Assembly: GCA_002633005.1 (NCBI GenBank)
Contig: NMRA01000017.1
Span: 570,886-634,885 of the forward strand
DNA from: Phoronis australis
Lineage: Eukaryota > Animalia > Phoronida
DNA: 64,000 nt
Reading direction: 5' to 3'
A model generated the notes under the pieces. It had not been told where the DNA came from, ran no database searches, and saw nothing but the letters and a program-made list of their open reading frames with translations. This document shows positions 36,201 through 46,168 of the stretch, in pieces. How positions within the stretch are numbered: the stretch's first letter is position 1; each line of letters opens with the position of its first letter. Made by a program: the position numbers and the translations under genes.

Positions 36201-39200
36201 ACATGATATACAATTTTGTGAAATATCCTCTTACATGTTCAGAGGCAAGCTCATGAAATTAAGGACACATGGATATAGTGAGTTGATGATTAAAGTGTCT
36301 AAACAATATGCTTCAGCTACTGCATGAAATATCACGCAGTGTTTCTCATAATCTTGTGTTTGTGTTTTGAGGTGAACAGAGAGATCTGCACAGGAACACT
36401 TCTTGGCCAGCAAATGTACAGAATTGTGATAACAGACACCATTGTGGATGTAAGTGAACTATGGTTAATGTGACAAACATGGGATAGGTGAAATTTGTCA
36501 TTGTTTGAGCATCAAAGGAAGAAACAAGTTTCCTGATGTGAACATATCTCCTTGTTGATTCATTGGTTCATATGGGCTTCTTGGCCATGTCTGAGACCTA
36601 GTAATACCCCGGTTTTGACAGGAGCTATTGCTGTGGGCTGTCATTAAAATGGCTTGTCTATATCGATTGTTATATATAGTTACTCTGTGTGACAAGAATC
36701 AAGTGTCATTTCTAATTCTTAAATTGAAAATAAAATTGTGCGTGGCCAGAGTGTAAGAATCAGGTCCTGGTGCACCTGATGACCCCTCCTCAGCTTAGTG
36801 AACGTCACAACATCAACAGTAAGGGTAATTTAAAAAAATTCATTTCACTACACAGATTTAACTGGGTTTTGCACAAAAGTTTAGCCCTTTGAGACCACTA
36901 TCCTCTGTCTGCCGAGGCATTGTGATTTATGACAAACAATGCAGGGAAATGGACAATCTTCATTGACAGCATACCACCACTGCATCTAGCTCCATTAAAG
37001 TGGACAACAGTGATTAAAATCTTTGTAATCTTTGATTCAAACTACCATTTCTATGAAGTTTTAATTGTATGTGTTTTGCGTCAATTCATTGTTTGTTGAC
37101 CCTAATTTGAAATGTGTGAGTAACTCTGACATGTTCTTTAGTCTTATTGTGTTTCAGGCTGTCGTAGAGATCCTCTACTCACTGGGTTGGTACCTCTGGT
37201 ATGACGAGAAGTTTCCATTCAGTTTGTCCTACCCTGTCTTGATGGTCATCCACAAGCAAGCTATCATTTGGGTGAGTTGGCATGGTATATGCTTGCTAGG
37301 ATGACTGCCATCTTTGGGGGCCCCAAGCTAGAGCAGATATTACGCAGGCAAATAAACCACTTTTATTTCTGTAATGAAGGTCATGTAGGAACTTCATACA
37401 AAAAAAACATTTAAATGTTGAACTCGTAACCAGTTGTCACGGAATTGAAAAGCTGAGAAATCATATTTACAAAGTTTAGTAACCAGTTATCCATTATCAC
37501 TTGTTAAATGAATTTAAACACAGAAGGCAGGTTGCTTACAGTATCAGATATCAATGTACTTTTCTTCCAAGTTCGGTGTATATGTTGCAATTATTAAGAA
37601 AATCATGTTGGGACAGAAGGGGCACACTCTGCACGGTCATCATTTCTGTGTCCATGGAACGTTGGTGAGACTTATATATTGGTGGAGATGACTATCTAAA
37701 AATATAGAGATGACATACAATGTATGGTGTAAAAATAAGTGCACACTGACAGTTTATGCTTTGAAGATTTGCACAAACTGTCACGGTTTCACCGCTGTGA
37801 AAGTTTGTAGTCCTACAGTGCATCATAATGCCAGGTCACCTGCTGTGTTGGTTTCTTTCAGTCGGGCATGATTGTGTGTCCAGCCCTGCCATTGGTCGGC
37901 TTTGTTTCAATGTACACATACTTTATGGTGATGCAACGTCTGTTGCCCATGACATGCACACCTCCAACCAACAGGTGGAGCCAGACGCGGGAAAATGTCT
38001 TCTTCAACACTCTTTTGTGGCTAGCTCTCCTTATCATTATCGTCGTGATCTCCATCATTGTTGGCAGGTCAGTATAGCTCTTCATTATCAAGGCTAAGCT
38101 TTCAATAACATGCTTAATACCTATAGCTTACTATTATTACTAGTGCTATATGCACTACACACAGTGACTCTGATCAGTTGTATGTTATTTTACATTGTTC
38201 ACATGGTGTACACAGCTGTGCTGATTCTGCATAAGTCTTTTGCACAGATTTCATCTTTCTGTCCTGCCATGAGTCTCTGAAAGAGGTCCCAGTACTCCCA
38301 CAAAAAGCTCCGGTGTTGGCTCTTTACTCACGTGACTTTGCATATCGGGCACGTGTGGAAAATGGGCCACGTATGCCGCAACGTTCTGTAGATTTCCTCA
38401 ATTTTTCACCGATCACTTGTCAGCTTGCCTGATACATGATCAGATTTACCTTATAGTATAGGCAAGCTGCTGACTAAGTGAACTTGCCCTTCCATGATGT
38501 AAAGCCATGGCTGAGTGGGGCACTCTCATCCAGCTTGCAATGCCACCTTTTGTGAGGTCTCAAAGTCGCTTATTGGTGAAATGTGGTCAGCAGTGTTTTG
38601 AAAGAAGTCTAGTGCTTAGTATTCACAAATTGAAGTGGCTTTTATAAGGTGTGACTGAGCTTTTCCACCTGAATATTATTTATCTTTGTTGATGGCTGGG
38701 GAAAAAGCCCATAGCGAATCGGATGAGAATTTGTCAATTTGCTGCCACAACTGCATATTACATTGTCTTCTATTTAACCTTGTTGTTTTCCAGTCATGGT
38801 ATCATAGATATTGCTATGACCAATAGGAACCACACCTGCGGACCATTTGAGGCCGAGACGCCAATTCTCACATACTCCAAGTTGGTACATGAGCATTTCC
38901 CAGAGTTTCTCAGAAAAATTCTCCAAACGACTTCATCTGTGGCTGTCCTGTTCCCAGCCATCGCAATACTGATGTGAGTATTTAGGATCACAGGGCACTT
39001 TGGTCTGGCCACTGTGGCCAGACCAAAGTTCACTTGGTGGTGCTGATGGGAAACATCTGAACCATATGCATGTGTTAAGTTATCAGTTGGGACACTAATC
39101 ACTCCAACCCCCCTTTTGCAATGAGACAGTCCTGGATAGAAATCTCCTTTGTCCTGGAAGTAGGAAAATGCGTTGTTACATTGGCCTTGTTTTACAAATG

Positions 39201-41254
39201 TCAGGCTACACGATTCTAGGAATCGTGTCAGAAATTGTTGTATTCACAGAACTTCACAAGTTTATCTAACTTGCCGTCGGAGTTACAGTCCACAGCTCAG
39301 CTGGCGTAAATGTTGCTGGCATTGGAAGGTTCAATACAGTCGAGAAAAACTGAAAAAAGTAATTAAGCCACCAAACATTGCAAACATCAATGGCGTGAAA
39401 ACGAGGCTAGAGAACTGACGGAAGGATGTTGCAGCAATGTGGGTAAATACTGTGAGATTCATAAGACCGTGTCGTTGATGTGTAATCCGGCACCGTCTTA
39501 TTGAACTGAGCTTTCTACTGTTATTGTGTTGTAGAAGACATTGTGTGTGTGAACGCTGTCAAGTGGGCATGCACTTACTTGAGGTGGTTATATGAACATG
39601 GTGGATTAGTTCAATGTTAATCTATTATAATGTATTTTTAAGAGCACTGTTCAGTCAACATAACCATTACCTTGGGACATCCCCTTTCACATAATGAGGA
39701 GTGTCAAATGATTTGTCTTTGTAAACCACTTTACTCTTTAACTTTGAAGTTGGCCATTTTTGACCCGCCAAAGCAGTAATCAATAGAACTTCAAAAAATA
39801 TTGTTTGCCATTTTCTAATTACAAGAATTTTGCTCTCTACCTATTTAGACTACAAATTTAAGTTTTAGTTGCAGTGTGTCATGAAAGAGCTTGAAAATGA
39901 TAGAACCCAGTCTGCTGAAAGTAACACTTCAAAAAACATTCATTTATTTTTGTTCATTTTTGTTCAAACACATTTAGTTTTGATCTGTGATGCATCATTT
40001 GAGATCATAGAATGAGTAACCAGCTCGGCTAGGGGTTCAAGTTAGTGTTGCTTCACAGTGTAGGAATTTTTAGTCCCGAAAACAATTTTTATGAGTCAAA
40101 ATCCAAGTTTTAGGCAATAGCCAGCTAGAGGAAATGTTCACTAACCAATCAATGTGCATAAAGCATATAATATAATATAATATAATGAGAGGGATGTCAT
40201 CACGGTGGCTAGTTCTGTTTTTAGCATGTCTTTGTCTTTGTTTCAGAGCTGTGCTGTATTACCAAAGATTGAGGATAAAGTCAGAAAAAGCCCGTGGTGA
40301 AGATCTCCAGAGTGAAATTGATGAGGTGTGCATGCATGTTACACAACAATTCTGCCATATTCAATTCTCGTTCTTCAAACCTCTCGATCCAAACTACATA
40401 ATGTCTTAAGTTGTCAGGAGGAATGTAAGATCCCGGCGACCTCTTCAGTTTATGCGCGGCAGCCGTGTGCAAGATTTGTGAACATTGTCCTTTTATTCCA
40501 GGATAATGTTTGGACAAAAAACTTTTTTTGCACCTTTGTGTCTTGATATCGATATCCACTTCATTTCAGTCTCGCATTAAAAGGATACCAAACCTGGTTT
40601 TTGCCAATTAACAGATATCAAAAACAACTTTCCCATCCAGTTCTCTGAAACAAAATAAGGCTTTGTGATCCTCGACAACGGTCAAAAGTTTGTAGGAAAA
40701 TTTAAAAACTCCTTTCAAAGTCTACTGAATGCTTTTAACGAATTACTTGGCAACTGTGGGGAAAGATTACCCACCAAGGACCATAATATGTGAGCTAGGG
40801 AGTATGAGTTTTTAGTTAATTCCTGCCTTGAACTTGCAAGATTGACACCAATGATGCATTAGCAGGTGACAAAAAAGAATTGGTGGAAATCATCAAAACA
40901 GCGTTTAATATCCTTTTAAGTTAAAAGTATCACTATCGATATCATGTGATTTTTTTTCTATTTGCACATAGCCTTAATAATGGGGGCAGTATGTAACCAT
41001 AAGTTGACTACAGTGAAGCCAGTCTACACTTAGGATGAGGCCAGTCTACACTTAGGATGAGGCCAGTCTACGCTTAGGATCAGGCCAGTCTACACTTAGG
41101 ATCAGGCCAGTAAACTTAGCCTTTTATGTTTCAGTTGACTCTCGAGAAGAAGGACTTGCTGCGGAACAATCGACTGATGAAGAAGTTAACCCAGGCCAAT
41201 GCTTCGACGTCTAAGTCACCACCCACATCGACACACAGAGTTTCAGTTTTTTAG
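24147..41254 (+). CDS. TMC: Transmembrane channel-like (TMC) protein, spliced gene; 15 core exons, about 587 aa; 5' end uncertain
   Basis: Exons 24147-24216, 24961-25033, 25921-26093, 29553-29683, 30220-30361, 31454-31557, 32631-32712, 33257-33343, 34669-34794, 36372-36449, 37158-37271, 37862-38067, 38794-38973, 40247-40325 and 41135-41254 all have AG/GT borders and join in phase without stops. TMC hallmarks appear in order: IKHIEGFFGTSVTSFFVFLRW, LFFGGY, VFTYWDY, INSVVP..MENY, GQQMY, QAIIWSG..CPALP, CGPF. The paralog is not assignable by eye. Confidence 0.93.
24961..25033 (+). CDS. TMC: TMC exon (HKQIQMRHKIKEVPILNKYIKHIE-G)
   Basis: Acceptor ttgttttcag, donor gtgagt; supplies the IKxIEG motif preceding TM1. 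Confidence 0.9.
25003..25800 (+). repeat. 66/71-bp minisatellite (about 12 units) made of TMC exon end plus donor
   Basis: Unit ATATTGAATAAGTACATAAAGCACATTGAAG|GTGAGTTGTTTATAGGCTGTTCAGTGCAGATGTCT, decaying toward the 3' end. Confidence 0.95.
25921..26093 (+). CDS. TMC: TMC exon, TM1 (GFFGTSVTSFFVFLRWVMVLNFWL...LVDGQ)
   Basis: Acceptor ttgcacag, donor gtaaga; FGxxVxSxFxFLRW signature. Confidence 0.95.
26531..27815 (+). mobile_element. HINE/DINE-1-like element, family 2, best-preserved copy (contains the assembly gap)
   Basis: 5' TATGCACCCACATAT..ATATGTGG palindrome, (GTCC/GTCT) microsatellite, roughly 130-150-bp internal tandem units, 3' subTIR GTGGGCGCAT plus hairpin CAACGC-TCT-GCGTTG; T-rich insertion site. 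Confidence 0.8.
26954..27132. other. Assembly gap (179 N) inside the tandem core of a HINE element
   Basis: N run flanked by two near-identical repeat units. Confidence 0.99.
28217..28375 (+). repeat. 39-bp minisatellite x4
   Basis: CTATGGTGGCAGTAGAGGACATGATTAGTGCTATATGTC, essentially identical copies. Confidence 0.95.
28478..28560 (-). mobile_element. tRNA-derived SINE head or tRNA pseudogene (Asp-like GTC loop)
   Basis: Minus strand reads ACCTCTTGACCGAATGGTTTAGATGCTTGACTGTCGCTCGTGCAACCCGGGTTCACGTCCC, with A-box and B-box but poor stems. Confidence 0.5.
29553..29683 (+). CDS. TMC: TMC exon, TM2 (DAVEDSWLFFGGYSNDLKGYHMDVAY...LIFR)
   Basis: Acceptor tctttgcag, donor gtaaag; LFxGxY and Y-x-x-x-x-AY motifs. 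Confidence 0.93.
30220..30361 (+). CDS. TMC: TMC exon, intracellular loop (..FRFSLMVFTYWDYSLTHPKG..)
   Basis: Acceptor gtatttcag, donor gtctgt; conserved VFxxWDY motif. Confidence 0.92.
30392..31318 (+). mobile_element. Degenerate HINE family 2 copy
   Basis: Same internal units; ends in ...GTGAGTGCATATCAATGCTTTGTGTTGCTCTTGT, matching the family 3' end. Confidence 0.6.
31454..31557 (+). CDS. TMC: TMC exon (DGMSEMQIQEKYKSRTREEMYRQYGVRALAWVIT)
   Basis: Acceptor ttgcttgctag, donor gtaatt; phase 0 to 2. Confidence 0.88.
31645..32000 (+). repeat. 21-bp degenerate minisatellite, about 17 units
   Basis: Consensus CCCTGTCAAACGGTCGGCCAT. Confidence 0.9.
32631..32712 (+). CDS. TMC: TMC exon, TM3 (ILAAGGMGIIVYVVLLYDVESQAQKDL)
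   Basis: Long pyrimidine tract plus tag, donor gtaggt; phase 2 to 0; hydrophobic helix. Confidence 0.85.
33257..33343 (+). CDS. TMC: TMC exon, TM4 (GQANSLLVTYSVPFTFSIINSVVPSCIRA)
   Basis: Acceptor gtttgtag, donor gtaagt; IN-x-x-x-P motif of TM4. Confidence 0.9.
33473..34576 (+). mobile_element. HINE family 2 copy (with an inserted SINE-like fragment near 34120-34230)
   Basis: 33480-33620 is near-collinear with 26560-26750; 3' end CCCCTATAGAAG...GTGGGTGCATTTCAGCGCTCTGCGTAGCTCTTGT. Confidence 0.7.
34669..34794 (+). CDS. TMC: TMC exon, TM5 (LPKMENYLEGRLELNITVARTFMFRMFTMVTLIISVFIRVKN)
   Basis: Acceptor ttcctcttgcag, donor gtaagt; E-x-Y motif then R-x-x-x-x-R. Confidence 0.93.
35056..35665 (+). 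repeat. 31/28-bp minisatellite with 90-bp higher-order structure
   Basis: GACAGGTACAAAACATGTTGTA(C/T)CAGTGAAT, with a shorter ...CATGAACCAGTGAAC variant every third unit in the 3' part. Confidence 0.95.
36372..36449 (+). CDS. TMC: TMC exon, start of TMC domain/TM6 (VNREICTGTLLGQQMYRIVITDTIVD)
   Basis: Matches C-x3-x2-GQ-x-x-Y..D of the CWETxxGQExY motif; donor gtaagt; the first in-frame acceptor is a GAG, so the 5' border is less sure. Confidence 0.85.
37158..37271 (+). CDS. TMC: TMC exon, TM6-TM7 (AVVEILYSLGWYLWYDEKFPFSLSYPVLMVIHKQAIIW)
   Basis: Acceptor gtgtttcag, donor gtgagt; F...VL....Q...W pattern. Confidence 0.93.
37862..38067 (+). CDS. TMC: TMC exon, TM8-TM9 (SGMIVCPALPLV...CTPPTNRWSQTRENVFF...)
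   Basis: Acceptor ttctttcag, donor gtcagt; G..CPxLP and CxPP motifs. Confidence 0.94.
38794..38973 (+). CDS. TMC: TMC exon (..NHTCGPFEAETP...VAVLFPAIAIL)
   Basis: Acceptor gttttccag, donor gtgagt; CGPF motif. Confidence 0.94.
40247..40325 (+). CDS. TMC: TMC exon (AVLYYQRLRIKSEKARGEDLQSEIDE)
   Basis: Acceptor ctttgtttcag, donor gtgtgc; YY after TM10 and start of a coiled-coil-like tail. Confidence 0.88.
41018..41111 (+). repeat. 22-bp tandem repeat x4 just upstream of the TMC last-exon acceptor
   Basis: GCCAGTCTACACTTAGGAT(G/C)AG. Confidence 0.9.
41135..41254 (+). CDS. TMC: TMC terminal coding exon (LTLEKKDLLRNN...THRVSVF*)
   Basis: Acceptor ttatgtttcag, phase 0; resembles the E-x-x-DK-x-x-L region of TMC tails; TAG stop at 41252-41254. 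Confidence 0.82.
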   Translation: MTLEKKDLLRNNRLMKKLTQANASTSKSPPTSTHRVSVF

Positions 41255-43261
41255 CCGAGGAAGTAAATTCAGGTTACAGAATCAGTCTTAATTTTTGTAT
41301 TCGATATGCCTTGAAGTTGCTCATTTTGGATCAGTGATTTAAAGTGGGCGAAGGAGTCCGAATATGAATGTTAGTTCCTGGGCTGCACAACTGAAACATT
41401 AAGGTTTGTTTAGAATTGCTTAAATCACGGAATTGCTGTCAACAATAAGTATGATACATGTACCTGAACGCATGCACGTGGATCAAATACTTTCTGGTGT
41501 TTCTCCCATAAATTATAACTCATTGTCTAACACAAAAAGCGAGAGTTGAAAAGTGTCGGTATATGAGGTCAGGAATCTTACGCGTGTACTTGATAATCTA
41601 TTTAATTTTCTTATGGACTTGAGGTTTTTGAAATTCCTGGCCATCTTGCCAAATGCTGAAGTATGCTGGAAGTTGCATCTCGGAAGAACCACCTGCATTC
41701 GCAGTTTCCCTTTTGAAGTGTAAGAGAATATGAAGTGCACGCATCCCGCTGTATGTAACCAGCATAACTATTATCGTGGGACAGTGCTTTATCATTTTGT
41801 GTCTGTCAAAAGAAAAACATCTGTCCCACAATGCATTTGAAAAGAGGAAGGGCTCATAGGCAGTATTTATAGCCTGTTTGAGACAGTCGAACTCTTTCAT
41901 GACCGACTCATCGATTTGCGCATTTGGCAGTGACCGCGTAACTCACCAAAAGGCACACATGGCAGTGAGAGGCGACCATGGCAGTGAAAGAGTGACCCAA
42001 GCTTGCTGTAAATTTCTTGCTCATTTGAGGGTGTAGTTTTTAAGTTACAGTTCCATTTCATTGCATCATTAACATAATGCGTCCACATATAATTATGTGG
42101 GCGCATAACAAGCGTTCAAATACAATCTCCAATTTTCCTCATCCACTGCTTACTATAGGTAATTTTTTGTCCGTCTGTGTTGTGCTTTTTTATTGCCCAT
42201 CTTTTCAGAGATTATTACTTAGTCTGTATTATTTTTCTTAAAGTTTGTGCCACTATTTTGTTATAATAAATTACCTTTATTTTGCTGTCCCACAAAACTA
42301 GCTTGTGACTCGGGAGTTTATTTATCTTTGATATATTATGCGATCACTGACTTAGTGTATATTTATCTCTGCTACATTATGCGGATCATTGGATTAGTGT
42401 TTCTTGTTGATGGTAGGTGGATTTTTAAAAATGTGGTGCGATTGTATGTTAATGGATGTTCATTATACATTGGAGTAGTTTTGATGTTTCTGATGTTCAG
42501 GTGTGATTCAGTACACAAACAATGTGTTAATGTTAAGTTAATAAAACGGAAATAACAGTATTATTTAAGAAATTTATTTGTTGGCAGTCTTCAGTTTCAT
42601 TGCACGTTGACAACTATGACTGTGTCACAAAATGACTTGTACAATATTAACTTTGATGGTCACTTTTTTATCTGGCTATAACTTTACTTAACGCGTGTCT
42701 CAATTAATCCTCGACTATATTCATCCATTCACTGGTGCCGTGTAAGTTTAAAGTTACATTGAACACTACACCTACACGTCATAAATGGACGCCTTCAAAG
42801 TACAGTACGGTAAAAATTCTTCATTTTGAGACACAATATGGTGAACAGGTGAAATTCCGTTTTGTCATATTTATCAACGAAAATTTTCAGGAAAATTTAC
42901 TTTGCTTTTGGCATGATTTGAATGGTGTAGATATTATCAAACAGTTACAAAAATTAATATTTGCAACATGTGAAAAATATTTAAAATTTTAGCAATTAGT
43001 TTTGTCACAAATCTAATGTTACTGAAAAATAAAATAAGAATGAAGCTGTTTATTAACAATCACAGTGTAAAAAAATGCCTTGTGATTTGATTTGTTCTAA
43101 GGATTGCAAAGTAAATGAAAACATTCAACAGGCGCCATTGTGTGAAACGAGATGTCGCAATGTAATAGTTATTTTACCTAACTAGCACACTTGATACAAC
43201 TTAAATGAAACCCCTAAATACAGCCTAGAGAGGGCTTAACTTGCACGTCATATACATCTTG

Positions 43262-43340
43262 AAAAGCTCCATGCTATATCTAGAATTAATTTCTTCACAA
43301 CATAAAGATTGATTCATCCTAGATATAGCATTGAGCTTTT
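43262..43340. repeat. Inverted repeat between the two converging 3' ends
   Basis: AAAAGCTCCATGCTATATCTAG / CTAGATATAGCATTGAGCTTTT, 1 mismatch; partial third copy at 43368-43380. Confidence 0.75.
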
Positions 43341-44380
43341 TCTAGAATGAATAAATTCCACAACAAACTCAATGCTATATATGCAGTTGTACAATTTCCT
43401 GCTATAAAGTATAAAGAATAAATTGCCCATTTCCCAAACAGTGTGTACAAAAGGAAACAAATTTGTCCCTAAATCAAGAGATGCCATCCCTTGATGACTA
43501 AGTGTTCATTCAATTTTGATGTTTTTCCAGTGTTATCAAGTGTTTATATACACAGAATTCAATAAAATTTCACTTCAAGCCATCATGCAGCTGTGAGGGA
43601 ATGTCTATGCACACACTATACAACTTTTTGCAAAAATAGCAGTCTGAAATTCACAAAGTATTTGTGACTGCATGGCTTGTCTTTCTAGTATATGTCAGAT
43701 AAATTGAAAATCTGCTTGACCTTGATAGTGCTATATTAGTGCAGCTTATGACAATTTTTAGTGGATTGATGAGCTTATATGACTACTATAACAATTACTG
43801 TACATTAATAACAAGGCAAGATTTAAATAAATACTGAAAACATAATTTGAGACTGCAGCTGTTGCACAACTTGGGGGATTATATCCTATAGCGATGCTGC
43901 CATTTTTCAAATGCACCTGGCATAGTTGTTGGCTCATAAACACTTGCTGATATACAACTTGTGGCCGTGTAATCTAACTGATAGGTGGTGAGACATGACT
44001 TCGTGCCTTGAGAATCTTTTGCACAAAAGATTTGCTAGAGTACAATGCATTTTAAGGCCAGTCAGTATTACTTTTGTAAGATGGTTGCAGTAGCACCAAG
44101 CTGTGTTGCAGTTGACTCTTGCATTCTCAGCTCTGTAGTAAGTGTTGGTTTCTGACATACTGTTGACCTATCACCAAACTATCTGTGATATACTTGGATG
44201 TTTACCAGCCAACAGCCGTTCCACGATGCATTTGAAAAACAAAATCAGCGTAATATGTTAATTGCGGAAGTTTTGACCTAGTTGAAATCCCCCAAATTAG
44301 AAGCCTTGAAATTCACCAAGTGGTGCTGGTTAAGACACACTCCAGTTGAAACACGTGTATTCAGGTAATCAGACGAGACC

Positions 44381-44438
44381 CCACCCCCACATGGGCACCC
44401 CCACATGGGCACCCCCACATGGGCACCCCCACATGGGC
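44381..44438 (+). repeat. 14-bp tandem repeat x4
   Basis: CACCCCCACATGGG. Confidence 0.9.
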
Positions 44439-44609
44439 GATGTTCTTAAACTACTTTGAAGTGGTGATGTAGTAACATCAGTTCTAAAATGTCACCAGTT
44501 CAAATCCCACCTTGCCCCTGGCAGTGAAAATACTAAAATTCCCCGATGATTACTGAATACACTTTTTCATGATTCTTTCTACTTTTCCTGCCCAATTCCT
44601 TGAGTAGAG

Positions 44610-45035
44610 ATATAACTACTTGACTACATGCACTGATTGTAGACATAACTACTTGCCTACATGCAGTGATAGTAGACACAGTTGCATGCCTACATGCAGT
44701 GATAGTAGACATAGCTGCTTGCCTACATGCAGTGATAGTAGACACAGCTGCTTGCCTACATGCAGTGATAGTAGACACAGTTGCATGCCTACATGCAGTG
44801 ATAGTAGACATAGCTGCTTGCCTACATGCAGTGATAGTAGACATAGCTGCATGCCTACGTGCAGTGATAGTAGACATAGCTGCATGCCTTCAAGCACTGA
44901 TAGTAGACATAACTACTTGCCTTCATGCACTGATAGTAGACATAACTACTTGCCTACATGCAGTGATAGTACACATAGCTGCATGCCTTTTTGAAATGAT
45001 CGGAGATATAAATGATTGCCTACATGCAGTGATTA
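44610..45035 (+). repeat. 33-bp minisatellite, about 13 units
   Basis: CCTACATGCAGTGATAGTAGACATAGCTGCTTG. Confidence 0.95.
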
Positions 45036-45569
45036 CTTTAATAAAATAAGTTGTTTAGAATTTAACCTCATCGTGTCTAGCTAATGTAGGAAGGTCTAGA
45101 GAGTGCTTGCCACTATGCACAGTGCACAAAAGTTTACAGCACCAGTAAATTATTCCATGCAAAGTAATACAAGTGTCTTATTTATCTGACAAAAGAAAAC
45201 CGAATACTTGAGTTAACTATATGCATATATCATACTAAAAGTTTTGAAATGAAAAAGTATTCACTTACAAAAAGACAATTAATTAACTCATCTAATCTTC
45301 AGATCCAAGTCTTGTGCACAAAACAAAGCATTACTTCACAACTGTCACATCATTTTTACTGTGGCATTGCAAAAAACAATATTTCCAATGAGAAATTGAA
45401 TTTTCATTGTATGTGAGAAAAACTTCATAAGAACAGGCTTCAATTCCATTTCATTAGCACTAACGCAGAAAATTTGAGAGTGGCGATTCACAGTTGTTAT
45501 GGTAACCACCTTTTCTTCAAGGACCCAACAGTGTCCCTTCAATGTTCAAATCAGTGACCCTTGAATGGG

Positions 45570-45915
45570 TAGCTACAGTAATGGACATACATTACTGAAC
45601 ATTACGTAGATAGCTACATTACTGAACATTGAGTGGATAGCTACATTACTGAACTTTGAGTAGACAGCTATTCAGTGCATAGCTACAGCACTGAACATTC
45701 AGCGGATAGCTACATCACTGAATATTGAGTACATTAGCTAAAGTTTTGAACACTGAGTGGATAGCTAGAGTAGTGAACATTCAGTGGGTGCCCATCACTG
45801 AACATTGAATACATAGCTAAAGTGCTGAACAATGAGTGGATATTACCTACATTACTGAACATTGAGTATATAGCTGCAGTACTGAACATTCAGTGGATAG
45901 CTACATCACTGAACA
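45570..45915 (+). repeat. About 27-bp degenerate minisatellite in the presumed NOSTRIN 3' UTR
   Basis: TACATTACTGAACATTGAGTGGATAGC. Confidence 0.85.
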
Positions 45916-46040
45916 TGGCTTGCATCCGCTTACTCATAGCACCATTGACACACACAGAGATGTCATATCGTCAAAGATTTTACTGTTTATGAAGCACGCA
46001 CAGCACAACCCGTTGATATTGACGCCAGTAACTGGGATAA

Positions 46041-46168
46041 TCATAAGTGGCTATAGTCTGAGTCACCCAAATCCCTGACATACGTTGCTGGAAATATCCC
46101 CATTCGTCCATTTAGTTCTCCGTGCCACCAGCCACTGTCCTGGCGCTCGTAGATGTTTATGATGTCAC
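46041..46168 (-). CDS. NOSTRIN: NOSTRIN terminal exon, SH3 C-half (GDIINIYERQDSGWWHGELNGRMGIFPATYV...YSHL*)
   Basis: tctag acceptor; GWW..G.FP..YV motif; TGA stop at 46041-46043. Confidence 0.95.
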
